In this document: one piece after another, positions 19,349-28,182 of the stretch
Layout: each line of letters opens with the position of its first letter
How positions within the stretch are numbered: the first letter of the stretch is position 1
NCBI RefSeq assembly: GCF_042684525.1
Contig: NZ_JBHULN010000028.1
Coordinates: 985-64,984, forward strand
DNA from: Spirosoma soli
Lineage (GTDB): Bacteria > Bacteroidota > Bacteroidia > Cytophagales > Spirosomataceae
Direction: 5' to 3'
DNA length: 64,000 bases
Position numbers and translations under genes: made by a program
The notes under the pieces: generated by a model
What the model saw: the letters and a program-made list of their open reading frames with translations, nothing else
What the model was told of the DNA's origin: nothing
Databases searched by the model: none

Positions 19349-20248
19349 ATGCTTCTGGAAGACCGAGTGCGACATAAGGAAGTTATTCCAATACGTATGG
19401 AGCATGATTTCGTTGAAACCAATGGCATAAAGCTTCATGTCATTAAAGCTGGGCCGACCGAAGGTCCGCTCGTGATTTTGTTGCATGGCTTCCCGGAGTT
19501 CTGGTATGGCTGGAACCATCAGATTGATGAACTGGCCCAAGCTGGCTACTGCGTCTGGGTACCCGATCAACGCGGATACAACCTAAGCGAAAAACCAAAA
19601 GGACTCGGTGCGTATTCAATAGACCATTTGGCTGCCGACGTAATCGGATTAATCGACGCGGCTGGTCGGCAAAAGGCGGTGATTGTTGGACATGACTGGG
19701 GAGCGGCTGTAGCGTGGTGGACAGCCGCTACGTATCCGGACCGGCTAGAGCGGATGGTGGTTATCAATGTTCCGCACCCAACTGTAATGAAACGGTTCGT
19801 TAGTCGCGACAAAGGGCAGATGCTACGCAGTTGGTACATCGGGTTTTTCCAGCTGCCGTGGTTACCAGAAACGTTATTTAGAGTAGGTAACTGGTATGCG
19901 CCCGCCCGAACTTTAAGAAGCACCAGCCGACGCGGTACATTTACAGAAGCCGACATTCAGCTCTATAAAGAAGCCTGGGGGCAGCCCAGGGCATTTAGGG
20001 CAATGGTAAACTGGTATCGGGCTGCTTTACGACGTGCGCCAAAGCGAAGCGCGAAAGCACGCATTACGGTGCCAACGCTGCTGATCTGGGGTGTTAGAGA
20101 CCAGTTTCTAAAGCGAGAAATGGCTCAGCCCAGCATTGACCTTTGCGAAAATGGACAGCTTATTTTTCATGAAAAGGCGACTCATTGGGTGCACCACGAG
20201 GAACCCAAGCAGGTGAACGCTGAACTGATTCGTTTTATAAATAGCTGA
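19349..20248 (+). CDS. Alpha/beta-fold hydrolase (epoxide-hydrolase-like). Start possibly the internal Met near 19397.
   Basis: LLHGFPEFWYGW and the nucleophile elbow GHDWGA. Confidence 0.75.
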   Translation: MLLEDRVRHKEVIPIRMEHDFVETNGIKLHVIKAGPTEGPLVILLHGFPEFWYGWNHQIDELAQAGYCVWVPDQRGYNLSEKPKGLGAYSIDHLAADVIGLIDAAGRQKAVIVGHDWGAAVAWWTAATYPDRLERMVVINVPHPTVMKRFVSRDKGQMLRSWYIGFFQLPWLPETLFRVGNWYAPARTLRSTSRRGTFTEADIQLYKEAWGQPRAFRAMVNWYRAALRRAPKRSAKARITVPTLLIWGVRDQFLKREMAQPSIDLCENGQLIFHEKATHWVHHEEPKQVNAELIRFINS

Positions 20249-20330
20249 CCGCTCAGGTGGTTGAAAGAGTTAGGCTCATTACCTGGGTATTTCGCTGTAA
20301 GCTAAATTAATAAACTAACCAAACGTAAAA

Positions 20331-20399
20331 CGTAGCCTGGACGGTCACGTCCGGGAATGATAAAGCTTCTCTTGCTCGGACGTGGCCGTCCAGGCTACG
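20331..20399. repeat. Long near-perfect hairpin (23-bp stem, 23-nt loop) between convergent genes.
   Basis: cgtagcctggacggtcacgtccg ... cggacgtggccgtccaggctacg, with one mismatch. Confidence 0.6.
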
Positions 20400-20418
20400 C
20401 TTAAACCGCTTTACATCT

Positions 20419-21696
20419 CTATTGCTTATACACCTTTCCGTCTTTCATGACGAACCGGACGGCTTGCAGCGTTTTGATATTTTGAATCGGGTTTTCGTCA
20501 ACGGCAATGATGTCGGCGAACTTACCCGCTTCAACGGAGCCAATCTGAGTATCCATGCCCAACAGCTTCGCGTTGGTCATCAGGGCTGACTTGAGCGCTT
20601 CCAGCGGAGGCATGCCCGCTTCAACCATGTACTCAAACTCTTTTGCGTTGTAGCCGTGGATATACACGCCCGCATCCGTGCCGAAAGCGATTTTTACCCC
20701 CGCTTTATACGCTTTACCGAACGTTGCCTGAATCTTCGGACCAACCGCCAGCGCCTTCGGTGTAACTAGTGCCGGATAATAACCAAACATCCGGGCCGAA
20801 TCAGCTACGGTTTTACCCGCAATGATTGTGGGCACGTAATAAGTGCCGTGTTTTTTGAATAGTTCGATGGCTTCGTCGTCCATGTAGGTGCCGTGCTCAA
20901 TGGTTTGCACACCAGCGCGCACGGCCCGCTTAATACCTTCGGCTCCGTGAGCGTGGGCAGCTACGGCAAATCCATAGTCTTTAGCCGTTTCAATGATAGC
21001 CTTTAACTCTTCGTCCGAAAATTGCGGTCCTGACCCATCTTTGGCGTTACTCAATACGCCCCCGGTGGCGGTAATTTTAATGAGATCAGAGCCGTCTTTG
21101 TAGCGTTGACGTACGGCTTTGCGGGCTTCGTCGGGGCCGTTGATGACGCCTTCTTCTGGACCGGGATCACCCATCAGGTCTTTACGATAACCATTGGTCG
21201 GGTCAGCGTGACCGCCCGTCGTGGCGATGGATTTACCAACGGTCAAAATGCGCGGTCCGTCCACCATCCCCCGATTGACGGCGTTACGTAGCGCTACGTT
21301 AATGCCACTGCCGCCGAGGTCGCGAACGGTGGTGAAGCCAGCCAGTAAAGTTGTTTTAGCATATTTAGCTGCCTGAAACGCTACGTCGGGCACGTTTTGC
21401 GTAAACCGATCGACCAGACCACCGCGCCGGGTTTCGGTCTCTAGGTGGACGTGCATGTCAATCAGGCCGGGTAAAACGGTTTTAGACTTCATATCAAGCA
21501 CCTTATCCTGACCCATGGGCGACGTGAACCCCTTTTGGACAGCGGTAATTTTGTTGCCTTCGACCACAACAGTCATTTCGCGTTGCAGGTCGTTGCGAAC
21601 GCCATCAAAAAGATTACCGCAGTGAATAAGCGTCCGTTGGGCAAGTAGGGGTGACGCCAGCAGCGAGAGCCCGGCCAGCAGGTACAATTTTTTCAT
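20419..21696 (-). CDS. Secreted amidohydrolase-family metal-dependent hydrolase.
   Basis: Signal peptide. HVHLETE (HxH metal motif) and later H/D ligands typical of the amidohydrolase superfamily. Confidence 0.75.
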   Translation of the reverse strand: MKKLYLLAGLSLLASPLLAQRTLIHCGNLFDGVRNDLQREMTVVVEGNKITAVQKGFTSPMGQDKVLDMKSKTVLPGLIDMHVHLETETRRGGLVDRFTQNVPDVAFQAAKYAKTTLLAGFTTVRDLGGSGINVALRNAVNRGMVDGPRILTVGKSIATTGGHADPTNGYRKDLMGDPGPEEGVINGPDEARKAVRQRYKDGSDLIKITATGGVLSNAKDGSGPQFSDEELKAIIETAKDYGFAVAAHAHGAEGIKRAVRAGVQTIEHGTYMDDEAIELFKKHGTYYVPTIIAGKTVADSARMFGYYPALVTPKALAVGPKIQATFGKAYKAGVKIAFGTDAGVYIHGYNAKEFEYMVEAGMPPLEALKSALMTNAKLLGMDTQIGSVEAGKFADIIAVDENPIQNIKTLQAVRFVMKDGKVYKQ

Positions 21697-21774
21697 GAGT
21701 CTGTTAGTGGTTAGGTATAAAAAAGCCGCAGTACTCGGCTGCGGCCTTGAAATTAATGAATGGTCAGTGAATTA

Positions 21775-22158
21775 TTAAGAACGTTCAGTCAGTAGTTTCA
21801 ATATTAATAATTGTGTTTGCTGCATTTCAGCGAGTCGATAGTCAACACTATCAAAGCGGGCATCAGACTTGTCGAGACGGGCGTCAATGCTATCAAAGCG
21901 GGCATCAGACTTGTCGAGACGGGCATCAATACTATCAAAGCGGGCATCAGACTTGTCGAGACGGGCATCAATACTATCAAGTCGAGTATCAATGCTATCA
22001 AGACGGCCGTCAATTTTGTTGAATCCTTCAGTCATATCCTGCCGAATGGCTCGTACGTCTGAAGTTAAATCAGCTAATCCCTTAGCGATGCTTTCAATTT
22101 GACGGCCATGATCTGTAATGATTTGCTCAACTTGTTCAACGCGTTCTTCTAAGTACAT
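21775..22158 (-). CDS. Small coiled-coil protein with tandem 14-aa repeats (DSIDARLDKSDARF x3 plus degenerate copies).
   Basis: 127 aa with no signal peptide. Encoded by three near-identical 42-bp DNA repeats at 21848-21973. Confidence 0.55.
   Translation of the reverse strand: MYLEERVEQVEQIITDHGRQIESIAKGLADLTSDVRAIRQDMTEGFNKIDGRLDSIDTRLDSIDARLDKSDARFDSIDARLDKSDARFDSIDARLDKSDARFDSVDYRLAEMQQTQLLILKLLTERS
21848..21973. repeat. Tandem 42-bp repeat, 3 near-perfect copies plus degenerate flanking copies to about 22015, inside the CDS.
   Basis: ctatcaaagcgggcatcagacttgtcgagacgggcRtcaatR repeated head-to-tail. Confidence 0.85.
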
Positions 22159-22273
22159 AAGTGGTGGGGTTACTATTGGGTAAATGGTTTAGCAGGAGTA
22201 CTTGACCAATAGACGGGTCACTGCTTCGAACGAAAATTAAGCATATGGCTGATAACAACAAGCAGGTGAAGAC

Positions 22274-22729
22274 TCACTTCTTCACAATCACGCCATCAGC
22301 GACGAATGTTAGCGCTTTCTCGGGTTCGGTAATTTTAGCGATTTCTTCTTTTGACTTTCCTGCATCTTCGGCGTAATGCCGGAGTTCGTCAACAGGCGTG
22401 GTCGTTGTTTCAGCGGTTCCCTCAACCACTACGGTTTTGCCGACAATATCTTTAGGTACAAAGAAGCCGTAATCTTTAAAGGTAACCCGCATGGTTTGTC
22501 CGTCGGCGGTTTTTACTTTCATCCAGCATCCTTTCATCTTGCAGACATCTTCGACAGTACCTTCAACTTTAGCAGGCATTTTTTCTTTGTTGCCCATTTT
22601 AGCCGGTAGCTGAGCGGCCGGAATGGCCCCTTTTTCATTGATCTTTTTTCCGTGATAGCTCAGTTCGGTCTGTGCATACGTGCCAAGTGATACGCCAACA
22701 ATGAGGCAGGTTAACAGGAAATTCTTCAT
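22274..22729 (-). CDS. DUF4920-family secreted protein.
   Basis: Signal peptide. ...VCKMKGCWMKV... pattern as recalled for DUF4920. Confidence 0.45.
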   Translation of the reverse strand: MKNFLLTCLIVGVSLGTYAQTELSYHGKKINEKGAIPAAQLPAKMGNKEKMPAKVEGTVEDVCKMKGCWMKVKTADGQTMRVTFKDYGFFVPKDIVGKTVVVEGTAETTTTPVDELRHYAEDAGKSKEEIAKITEPEKALTFVADGVIVKK

Positions 22730-22858
22730 AAGTACTACGAGTTAATGATGCGATTAGTGTATAACGTAAATACGCGAATGGCTAACAAATCAGTATGTTG
22801 CCAATACATTATCTTTACCCAAAAGTACCACCACATTGACTTCATTACAAAACCCTTT

Positions 22859-24898
22859 ATGAAACGTACTAAACAATTTTTAGCGCTCGGAATGAGCGTG
22901 TTCGTATTCACCGCTTGTCAGAAAGAACAGGAAACACCAACGCGTACATCTTTCTTTGATAAGTCGGGGATGGATACCACTGTTAGTCCCGGCAACGATT
23001 TTTTTACGTACGCTAACGGCACTTGGGTCAAGAAAACGAAAATTCCGGGCGACCAAACGGGCTGGGGTTCGTTCTATCAGTTGTATGAAGATAACCAATT
23101 GAAGACTAAGTCGATTCTGGAGGAGGCTGCCAGCGCCGATGCTAAAACCGGTACGGTGGAGCAGCAGGTCGGTGATTTCTACGCTAGTGGTATGGATACG
23201 GCTACAATCGATAAACTCGGTTATGAGCCTGTAAAGGCTGAACTCGCTAAGATTGCTGCCCTGACCGACTACAAACAGGTACTCAATTACCTGGCGGCCG
23301 ATGAGACTAACCGGGGGGGCGAGTTCATTGGTTTGTACGTTGGCGCGGATGACCGGCAGAGTTCAATCAATCGGATTAACTTCGGTCAGGCAGGGCTGTC
23401 GTTACCCGAAAAAGATTACTACACCAAAACCGATGAGCCTACCAAGAAGATTCGAGCCGCTTTTGTCGCCTACGTAGCCAAGCTCTTCACCTTGACCGGC
23501 GTAGATTCGATCTCGGCTAAGACAAAAGCCGACGCCATCCTTCAGTTTGAAACCGAGCTGGCAAAGTCGCACAAATCCGCTACGGACCTACGCGACCCGG
23601 TGGCCAATTACAACAAATTTGCTGTGGCCGACCTGACCCAGCGGATGCCTAACCTGAATTGGCGGACGCTGCTGAATACCATGGGCCTCTCCAGAATAGA
23701 TACCGTTTTGGTGTCTCAGCCCGGATATTATCAGGCGTTAGACAAGATGCTGCCGACGGTCCCTATGCCCGTTTTGAAAGATCGGTTAGTGTTCGATGTG
23801 TTAGACCATAATGCCAGCGCCTTAAGCCGAGAGTTTGAAAAAGCCAGTTTTGAATTCAACAACAAAACGCTGTATGGCCAACCTCAGCAACCTGAACGCT
23901 GGAAACGTATCGCCAGCCGTATTGATGGTTCGCTGGGTGAAGCACTGGGGCAGCTATGGGTCAAGAAATATTTTCCGGCTGAAGCGAAAGAGCGAATGTT
24001 AACGTTGGTAAACAACCTGCAAAAAGTGTATCGGGAGCGTATCGAAAAGTTAGATTGGATGGCTCCCGAAACTAAAAAAGTGGCTTTAGTAAAGCTTGAT
24101 CGGTTTGTTAAGAAAATCGGCTATCCCGATAAATGGAAAGATTATTCGGACGTGGACGTAAAGCGCGACGATTACTTCGGCAATGTACAACGCGCCCGCA
24201 AACATTATCTTAAGGAAGAGTTTGCCAAGATTAACCAGCCTGTCGACCGGGCTGAATGGGGCATGACGCCACCAACGGTCAACGCCTACGCTAATCCTAC
24301 AAACAATGAGGTTGTGTTTCCGGCGGGCATCTTACAATTTCCTTTTTTTGACAAAGACGCTGACGATGCCATTAACTACGGAGGTATCGGCATGGTCATC
24401 GGCCATGAAATGACTCACTTGTTCGACGATCAGGGCCGCCAGTATGATGCCAGTGGTAACCTGCGCGACTGGTGGACAAAGCAGGATGCTGAACGGTTCA
24501 AAACAAAAGCTCAGGTGGTTGTTAACCAATACAACGGGTACACAGTGCTGGATAACTTGCACCTAAACGGACGATTAACACTAGGCGAGAACTTAGCCGA
24601 TCTAGGCGGTATTACGTTAGCGTACCAAGCGTTTAAACTGACAAAGCAGGGCCAGAGCACTGAAAAAATAGACGGCTTCACGCCCGACCAGCGCTTCTTT
24701 TTAGGGTTTGCGCAGGTGTGGCGCATCAAGGTACGCGATGAAGCTGAGCGCGTGGGTATTTCCACTGATCCGCACTCGCCCGCTAAATTTCGGGTCAATG
24801 GTCCATTGACAAACTTTGAACCGTTCTATCAGGCATTTAATGTTAAGCCTGGTCAGAAGCTGTACAAACCCGAAGTACAGCAGGCGAAGGTTTGGTAG
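22859..24898 (+). CDS. M13-family (neprilysin/PepO-like) zinc metalloendopeptidase lipoprotein. Start taken at MKRTKQFLALGMSVFVFTAC.
   Basis: HExxH (VIGHEMTHLFDD). Downstream ENLADLGG and GFAQVWR motifs of M13. Lipobox FTAC. Confidence 0.85.
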   Translation: MKRTKQFLALGMSVFVFTACQKEQETPTRTSFFDKSGMDTTVSPGNDFFTYANGTWVKKTKIPGDQTGWGSFYQLYEDNQLKTKSILEEAASADAKTGTVEQQVGDFYASGMDTATIDKLGYEPVKAELAKIAALTDYKQVLNYLAADETNRGGEFIGLYVGADDRQSSINRINFGQAGLSLPEKDYYTKTDEPTKKIRAAFVAYVAKLFTLTGVDSISAKTKADAILQFETELAKSHKSATDLRDPVANYNKFAVADLTQRMPNLNWRTLLNTMGLSRIDTVLVSQPGYYQALDKMLPTVPMPVLKDRLVFDVLDHNASALSREFEKASFEFNNKTLYGQPQQPERWKRIASRIDGSLGEALGQLWVKKYFPAEAKERMLTLVNNLQKVYRERIEKLDWMAPETKKVALVKLDRFVKKIGYPDKWKDYSDVDVKRDDYFGNVQRARKHYLKEEFAKINQPVDRAEWGMTPPTVNAYANPTNNEVVFPAGILQFPFFDKDADDAINYGGIGMVIGHEMTHLFDDQGRQYDASGNLRDWWTKQDAERFKTKAQVVVNQYNGYTVLDNLHLNGRLTLGENLADLGGITLAYQAFKLTKQGQSTEKIDGFTPDQRFFLGFAQVWRIKVRDEAERVGISTDPHSPAKFRVNGPLTNFEPFYQAFNVKPGQKLYKPEVQQAKVW

Positions 24899-24917
24899 AT
24901 AGCTCATACCCTCGCCC

Positions 24918-24950
24918 CAACCCGTCTCCCCAAAGGAGACGGGCTTTTTT
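24918..24950 (+). terminator. Rho-independent terminator after the M13 peptidase gene. Also the left flanking element of the DUF559 gene.
   Basis: cccgtctcc ccaaa ggagacggg cttttttt. Confidence 0.65.
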
Positions 24951-24958
24951 AGGCTTCT

Positions 24959-25351
24959 GTGAATGTTCAGCTGTTAACTGTTTTCATATTTATGGCCCGA
25001 GGTGGATCGAGTACACCTTCAATAAAGGAATTGCGCAGAGAGTTGCGACAAAATCAAACTAATCCGGAGATTGTTTTATGGGAGAAGATTCGAAATCGTC
25101 AGCTGGATGGTAAGAAGTTTCGGAGGCAACACAGTTTTGGGAGATTTATCGTTGATTTCTATTGCCACGAGTATCTGCTAGTCATCGAAGTTGACGGCTC
25201 GGTTCACAATACATTAGAAGCACGTATCGACGATGCGGAGCGTGAACTCATTCTTCAAGACCTTGGCCTGAGAATACTGCGTTTCTCAAACGATGATGTG
25301 ATGCATCACATCGACAAAGTACTTAGTATGATTAGCGAAAACCTCATATAG
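24959..25351 (+). CDS. DUF559 (Vsr/very-short-patch-repair endonuclease-like) domain protein.
   Basis: 130 aa. ...FIVDFYCHEYLLVIEVDGSVH... D/E-rich core of the endonuclease-like DUF559 fold. Confidence 0.6.
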   Translation: MNVQLLTVFIFMARGGSSTPSIKELRRELRQNQTNPEIVLWEKIRNRQLDGKKFRRQHSFGRFIVDFYCHEYLLVIEVDGSVHNTLEARIDDAERELILQDLGLRILRFSNDDVMHHIDKVLSMISENLI

Positions 25352-25355
25352 CAAA

Positions 25356-25396
25356 AGCCCCTCTCCCAATGGGAGAGGGGTTGGGGTGAGGGGGCA
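25356..25396 (-). terminator. Hairpin terminator (minus-strand sense) after the SplB-like gene. Inverted near-copy of the 24918-24950 element.
   Basis: Minus strand reads ccccctcaccccaaccc ctctccc att gggagag gggctttt. Confidence 0.55.
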
Positions 25397-26530
25397 CTAC
25401 GTCCAATACAGCACCGGAGCGTTCGGGAATCGCTTGGCCCATTCCTCATAAAAGAACTGCTTCATTTCCTTCATATCCTCAGGGCGGTACACGTACTTAG
25501 TGCCACCAAATTTATTACGCTTCTCCGCCCGTGAGGCTTCGTCCATCTCCAGCGACGTGTTCGGATACCACTGTAACAACACATCCTTCGAGCCGGGCGT
25601 GAAGCGGTGGCTGATGAACTCAGCCGTCAGGTCGCAGGGAAAATCAAGCGTAGCCTGGATACGGTCGAGAAGGTCCGTGTAATGTTCTCGCCAGTCGGGT
25701 ATGGGCATGATGGGCGCTAAAACAACGCCAACGGGATAACCACCACCGCCCAACTCGTGGGGAAGTGCCAGCTGGCGTATCGCCTGCAAACGAGCCTCAA
25801 CAGAAGCTGTACCACCCTCTAACCGTCGGGCAACAGACTCCGCATTTAAGCTGAAGCGCGCACGGGTATGGCCGTTATGCGGTAGATCGAGCAAGCTGTC
25901 GATCTGATTGTACTTAGACACAAACCGAAGCTGGGCGTTCTCTCGGGTACCGTAGTAGCGAATACACTCGGCTAAGCTACCCGTGAGGTGCTCAATGCCC
26001 AGGACGTCGGTATAACAGCTCACTTCAAAGCTCGTAGAGCGATTAGCGTCGTAACCTTGCCAGGTTTTGTTGGGAGGATAAGTGCCTTCATATGTAGCCG
26101 TGTGCTCAAGCATTTTAGGGAGGTTGGCATAGGCACGCACCACCGGAGGGCCAGATAGGCTACCGGCTAGGTAGCAATAATGACAGTGGGCCGGACAGCC
26201 TTCCGCAAGGTTCATCTGCCAGTCGGCTGAGGGTGGAATAGGCTGCAAACGGAATGCACTCGGTGGAGCGTTCACAATAGCCAACGTATTTTTAGCAATA
26301 CGAAAGGTTTCGCGTTCGTCGGCTCCGCGCAGGCCGGTGATGCGGTTATTCTTGGCAATCTCAATAGGTAAGTCAAACGCAGAGATGCGCTCGTACATAG
26401 CCTGGCCAAACGGCTCTTTAAGGGCGTCAGCTGTGAAGACTACACGTTTAGGCATCCAAAGTCGGGCAGACTTAACAAGGGGGGGGACAGGCGATTTGGC
26501 CTGGGGTAGTACGATTGATTCAGTGGTCAT
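25397..26530 (-). CDS. Spore-photoproduct-lyase-family radical SAM protein (DNA repair photolyase-like).
   Basis: CPAHCHYC (CX3CX2C radical-SAM cluster motif). About 370 aa. Divergent from a DinB_2 gene. Confidence 0.6.
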   Translation of the reverse strand: MTTESIVLPQAKSPVPPLVKSARLWMPKRVVFTADALKEPFGQAMYERISAFDLPIEIAKNNRITGLRGADERETFRIAKNTLAIVNAPPSAFRLQPIPPSADWQMNLAEGCPAHCHYCYLAGSLSGPPVVRAYANLPKMLEHTATYEGTYPPNKTWQGYDANRSTSFEVSCYTDVLGIEHLTGSLAECIRYYGTRENAQLRFVSKYNQIDSLLDLPHNGHTRARFSLNAESVARRLEGGTASVEARLQAIRQLALPHELGGGGYPVGVVLAPIMPIPDWREHYTDLLDRIQATLDFPCDLTAEFISHRFTPGSKDVLLQWYPNTSLEMDEASRAEKRNKFGGTKYVYRPEDMKEMKQFFYEEWAKRFPNAPVLYWT

Positions 26531-26750
26531 AACGAGAGTAAGAAATGGGCAGTTTAGCCCTATTTAAACAGGCTGCCGCTACGAATATATAACACTTGAC
26601 TAAGCTGGATAAATCCCCCGATGTATAAATACTTTGGTGGTTATATAATTGAATATCAATAACTTAAAAAATTTTTCTACATTAGTTTTAACCTTTTATA
26701 ACTTGGTATTTTGACTTGAATAATCTAATCTTGACGCGAAAAGGGGAGCA

Positions 26751-27272
26751 ATGCGCATAACAAAAGAATCAATAAAGTCTCGACTGTTAAGCGACTGTCA
26801 TCAGTTTGTCGATACCGCCAATAGTTATTCGCAGCAGCAATTCAATCACAATCCAGCGGGAAAGTGGTCAGTCGCTGATGTAACCCAGCATCTGTATTTG
26901 TCAGCCCGGCCGGTGGTTCGGTTGATGACCGGTCCGCGTGGTGTGTTAACGCAATGGGGTGAGCCTGATGGACCCTCTCGGTCGTATGCGGTGATAGAAT
27001 CTTTATACCGGACAGTGCTGAACACGGGTGTAAAAGCCCCAGCCAGCATGTCGCCCCGACCGGACGACCTGAACGTTGGGCAGGCCGACGTACTGGAGCG
27101 CTTTTCTAATGAGTACTATACATTGGCCCAGGCGACCAAGTCATGGTCAGAGCAAGAACTGGATAGTTACGTAATGCCCCATCCTGCCCTGGGTAAACTG
27201 ACGGTTCGCGAGATGCTGAGCTTTGTTAGCATCCACACTCAGCATCACCTGGCGTTATTGCCCATCAACTAA
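26751..27272 (+). CDS. DinB_2/YfiT-like (DinB superfamily) putative metal-dependent hydrolase.
   Basis: 173 aa. C-terminal HTQHHLALL His-rich motif typical of the DinB_2 four-helix bundle. Confidence 0.55.
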   Translation: MRITKESIKSRLLSDCHQFVDTANSYSQQQFNHNPAGKWSVADVTQHLYLSARPVVRLMTGPRGVLTQWGEPDGPSRSYAVIESLYRTVLNTGVKAPASMSPRPDDLNVGQADVLERFSNEYYTLAQATKSWSEQELDSYVMPHPALGKLTVREMLSFVSIHTQHHLALLPIN

Positions 27273-27322
27273 AAAAGCCAATCCGGCTTATCGAATTGGC
27301 TTCTCCTAAATAATCTATTACG

Positions 27323-28018
27323 TTAGCGGGCCAGTCGCACACCCCGGTTACCCACCTGGCCGAAATAATAATTGACACCAATCTTAATACGGCCGCCTTT
27401 ACCCCGGCTAGCTGTAGGGTCTATTTTGTTGTAAAAGCTGCTTTCGTAGGTGATCTCAGCACCAAGCCGGTGTAAAATCCAGGCCATTACGCCAATTTCC
27501 AGACCAACGCTGGTGTAGCGCGCTTTTTCGTCGGCTGGAATCGTCTCCGAGAACTCCCGGCCTGAGTTCAGGCTGGCACCGACAAAGCTGCTGATTCGCG
27601 TCCGGAACGGATAGTATCGGGCAAAAATACCTGCCTGGCGTGCGCGGTATTTGTTTCCTACCAACCGGTCATAGTCATAACGGAGTCCAGCTGCGAAGCC
27701 TGGCTGAAAGAAATAGCCGAGTCGGGTGTTTATCGCTACATATGCCTGACTGTTGGCTGCTCCAAGACCGAGTCCTCCGCCAACAAACAGGTTGTTAGGC
27801 TGAAACCAACTCAGCTGGTTGGTCTGCTGATAACTACGGGACTTTTCGACTTCTTCATTAAATTTCTCTTCAGCTTGGGCCGCTTTTTCGCGGGCTTCCT
27901 GCTTCGTATTCTCGTTAATGAGTGGCCGAGAACGCTCTGTCGAGTCTGACCTGTCTTGCGCAAAACCAACCGTCGTTAAACATACGAGCAAGGTTGTAGC
28001 TGTAATGAAATTTCTCAT
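27323..28018 (-). CDS. Outer-membrane beta-barrel (OmpA-like porin family) protein. Start taken at MRNFITATTLL.
   Basis: Signal peptide. Alternating amphipathic strands. C-terminal aromatic residue. Confidence 0.55.
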   Translation of the reverse strand: MRNFITATTLLVCLTTVGFAQDRSDSTERSRPLINENTKQEAREKAAQAEEKFNEEVEKSRSYQQTNQLSWFQPNNLFVGGGLGLGAANSQAYVAINTRLGYFFQPGFAAGLRYDYDRLVGNKYRARQAGIFARYYPFRTRISSFVGASLNSGREFSETIPADEKARYTSVGLEIGVMAWILHRLGAEITYESSFYNKIDPTASRGKGGRIKIGVNYYFGQVGNRGVRLAR

Positions 28019-28182
28019 AGTCGTTGAGTTTACGTACTGTGTTAATAGAAACACTGTTTCATTAACTATAAACCGAAAATAAGGTTTGTTGTGGATGGAG
28101 GGCAATGATTGAATAGACACATGAAAAAACGCCCCCTCGTATTGAGAAGACGTTTGCTTGAAGGTGACTATAAATGAGTACG

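Noticed and set aside
21848-22015. Possible CRISPR array, because direct repeats of about 42 bp are present.
   Set aside because: Repeats are contiguous with no spacers and lie in-frame inside a CDS. No cas genes are nearby.
21804-22102. Several 69-83-aa ORFs in all frames across the 42-bp repeat region.
   Set aside because: Artefacts of the tandem repeat keeping every frame open. The minus-strand 127-aa frame, with start, stop and coiled-coil periodicity, is the coherent one.
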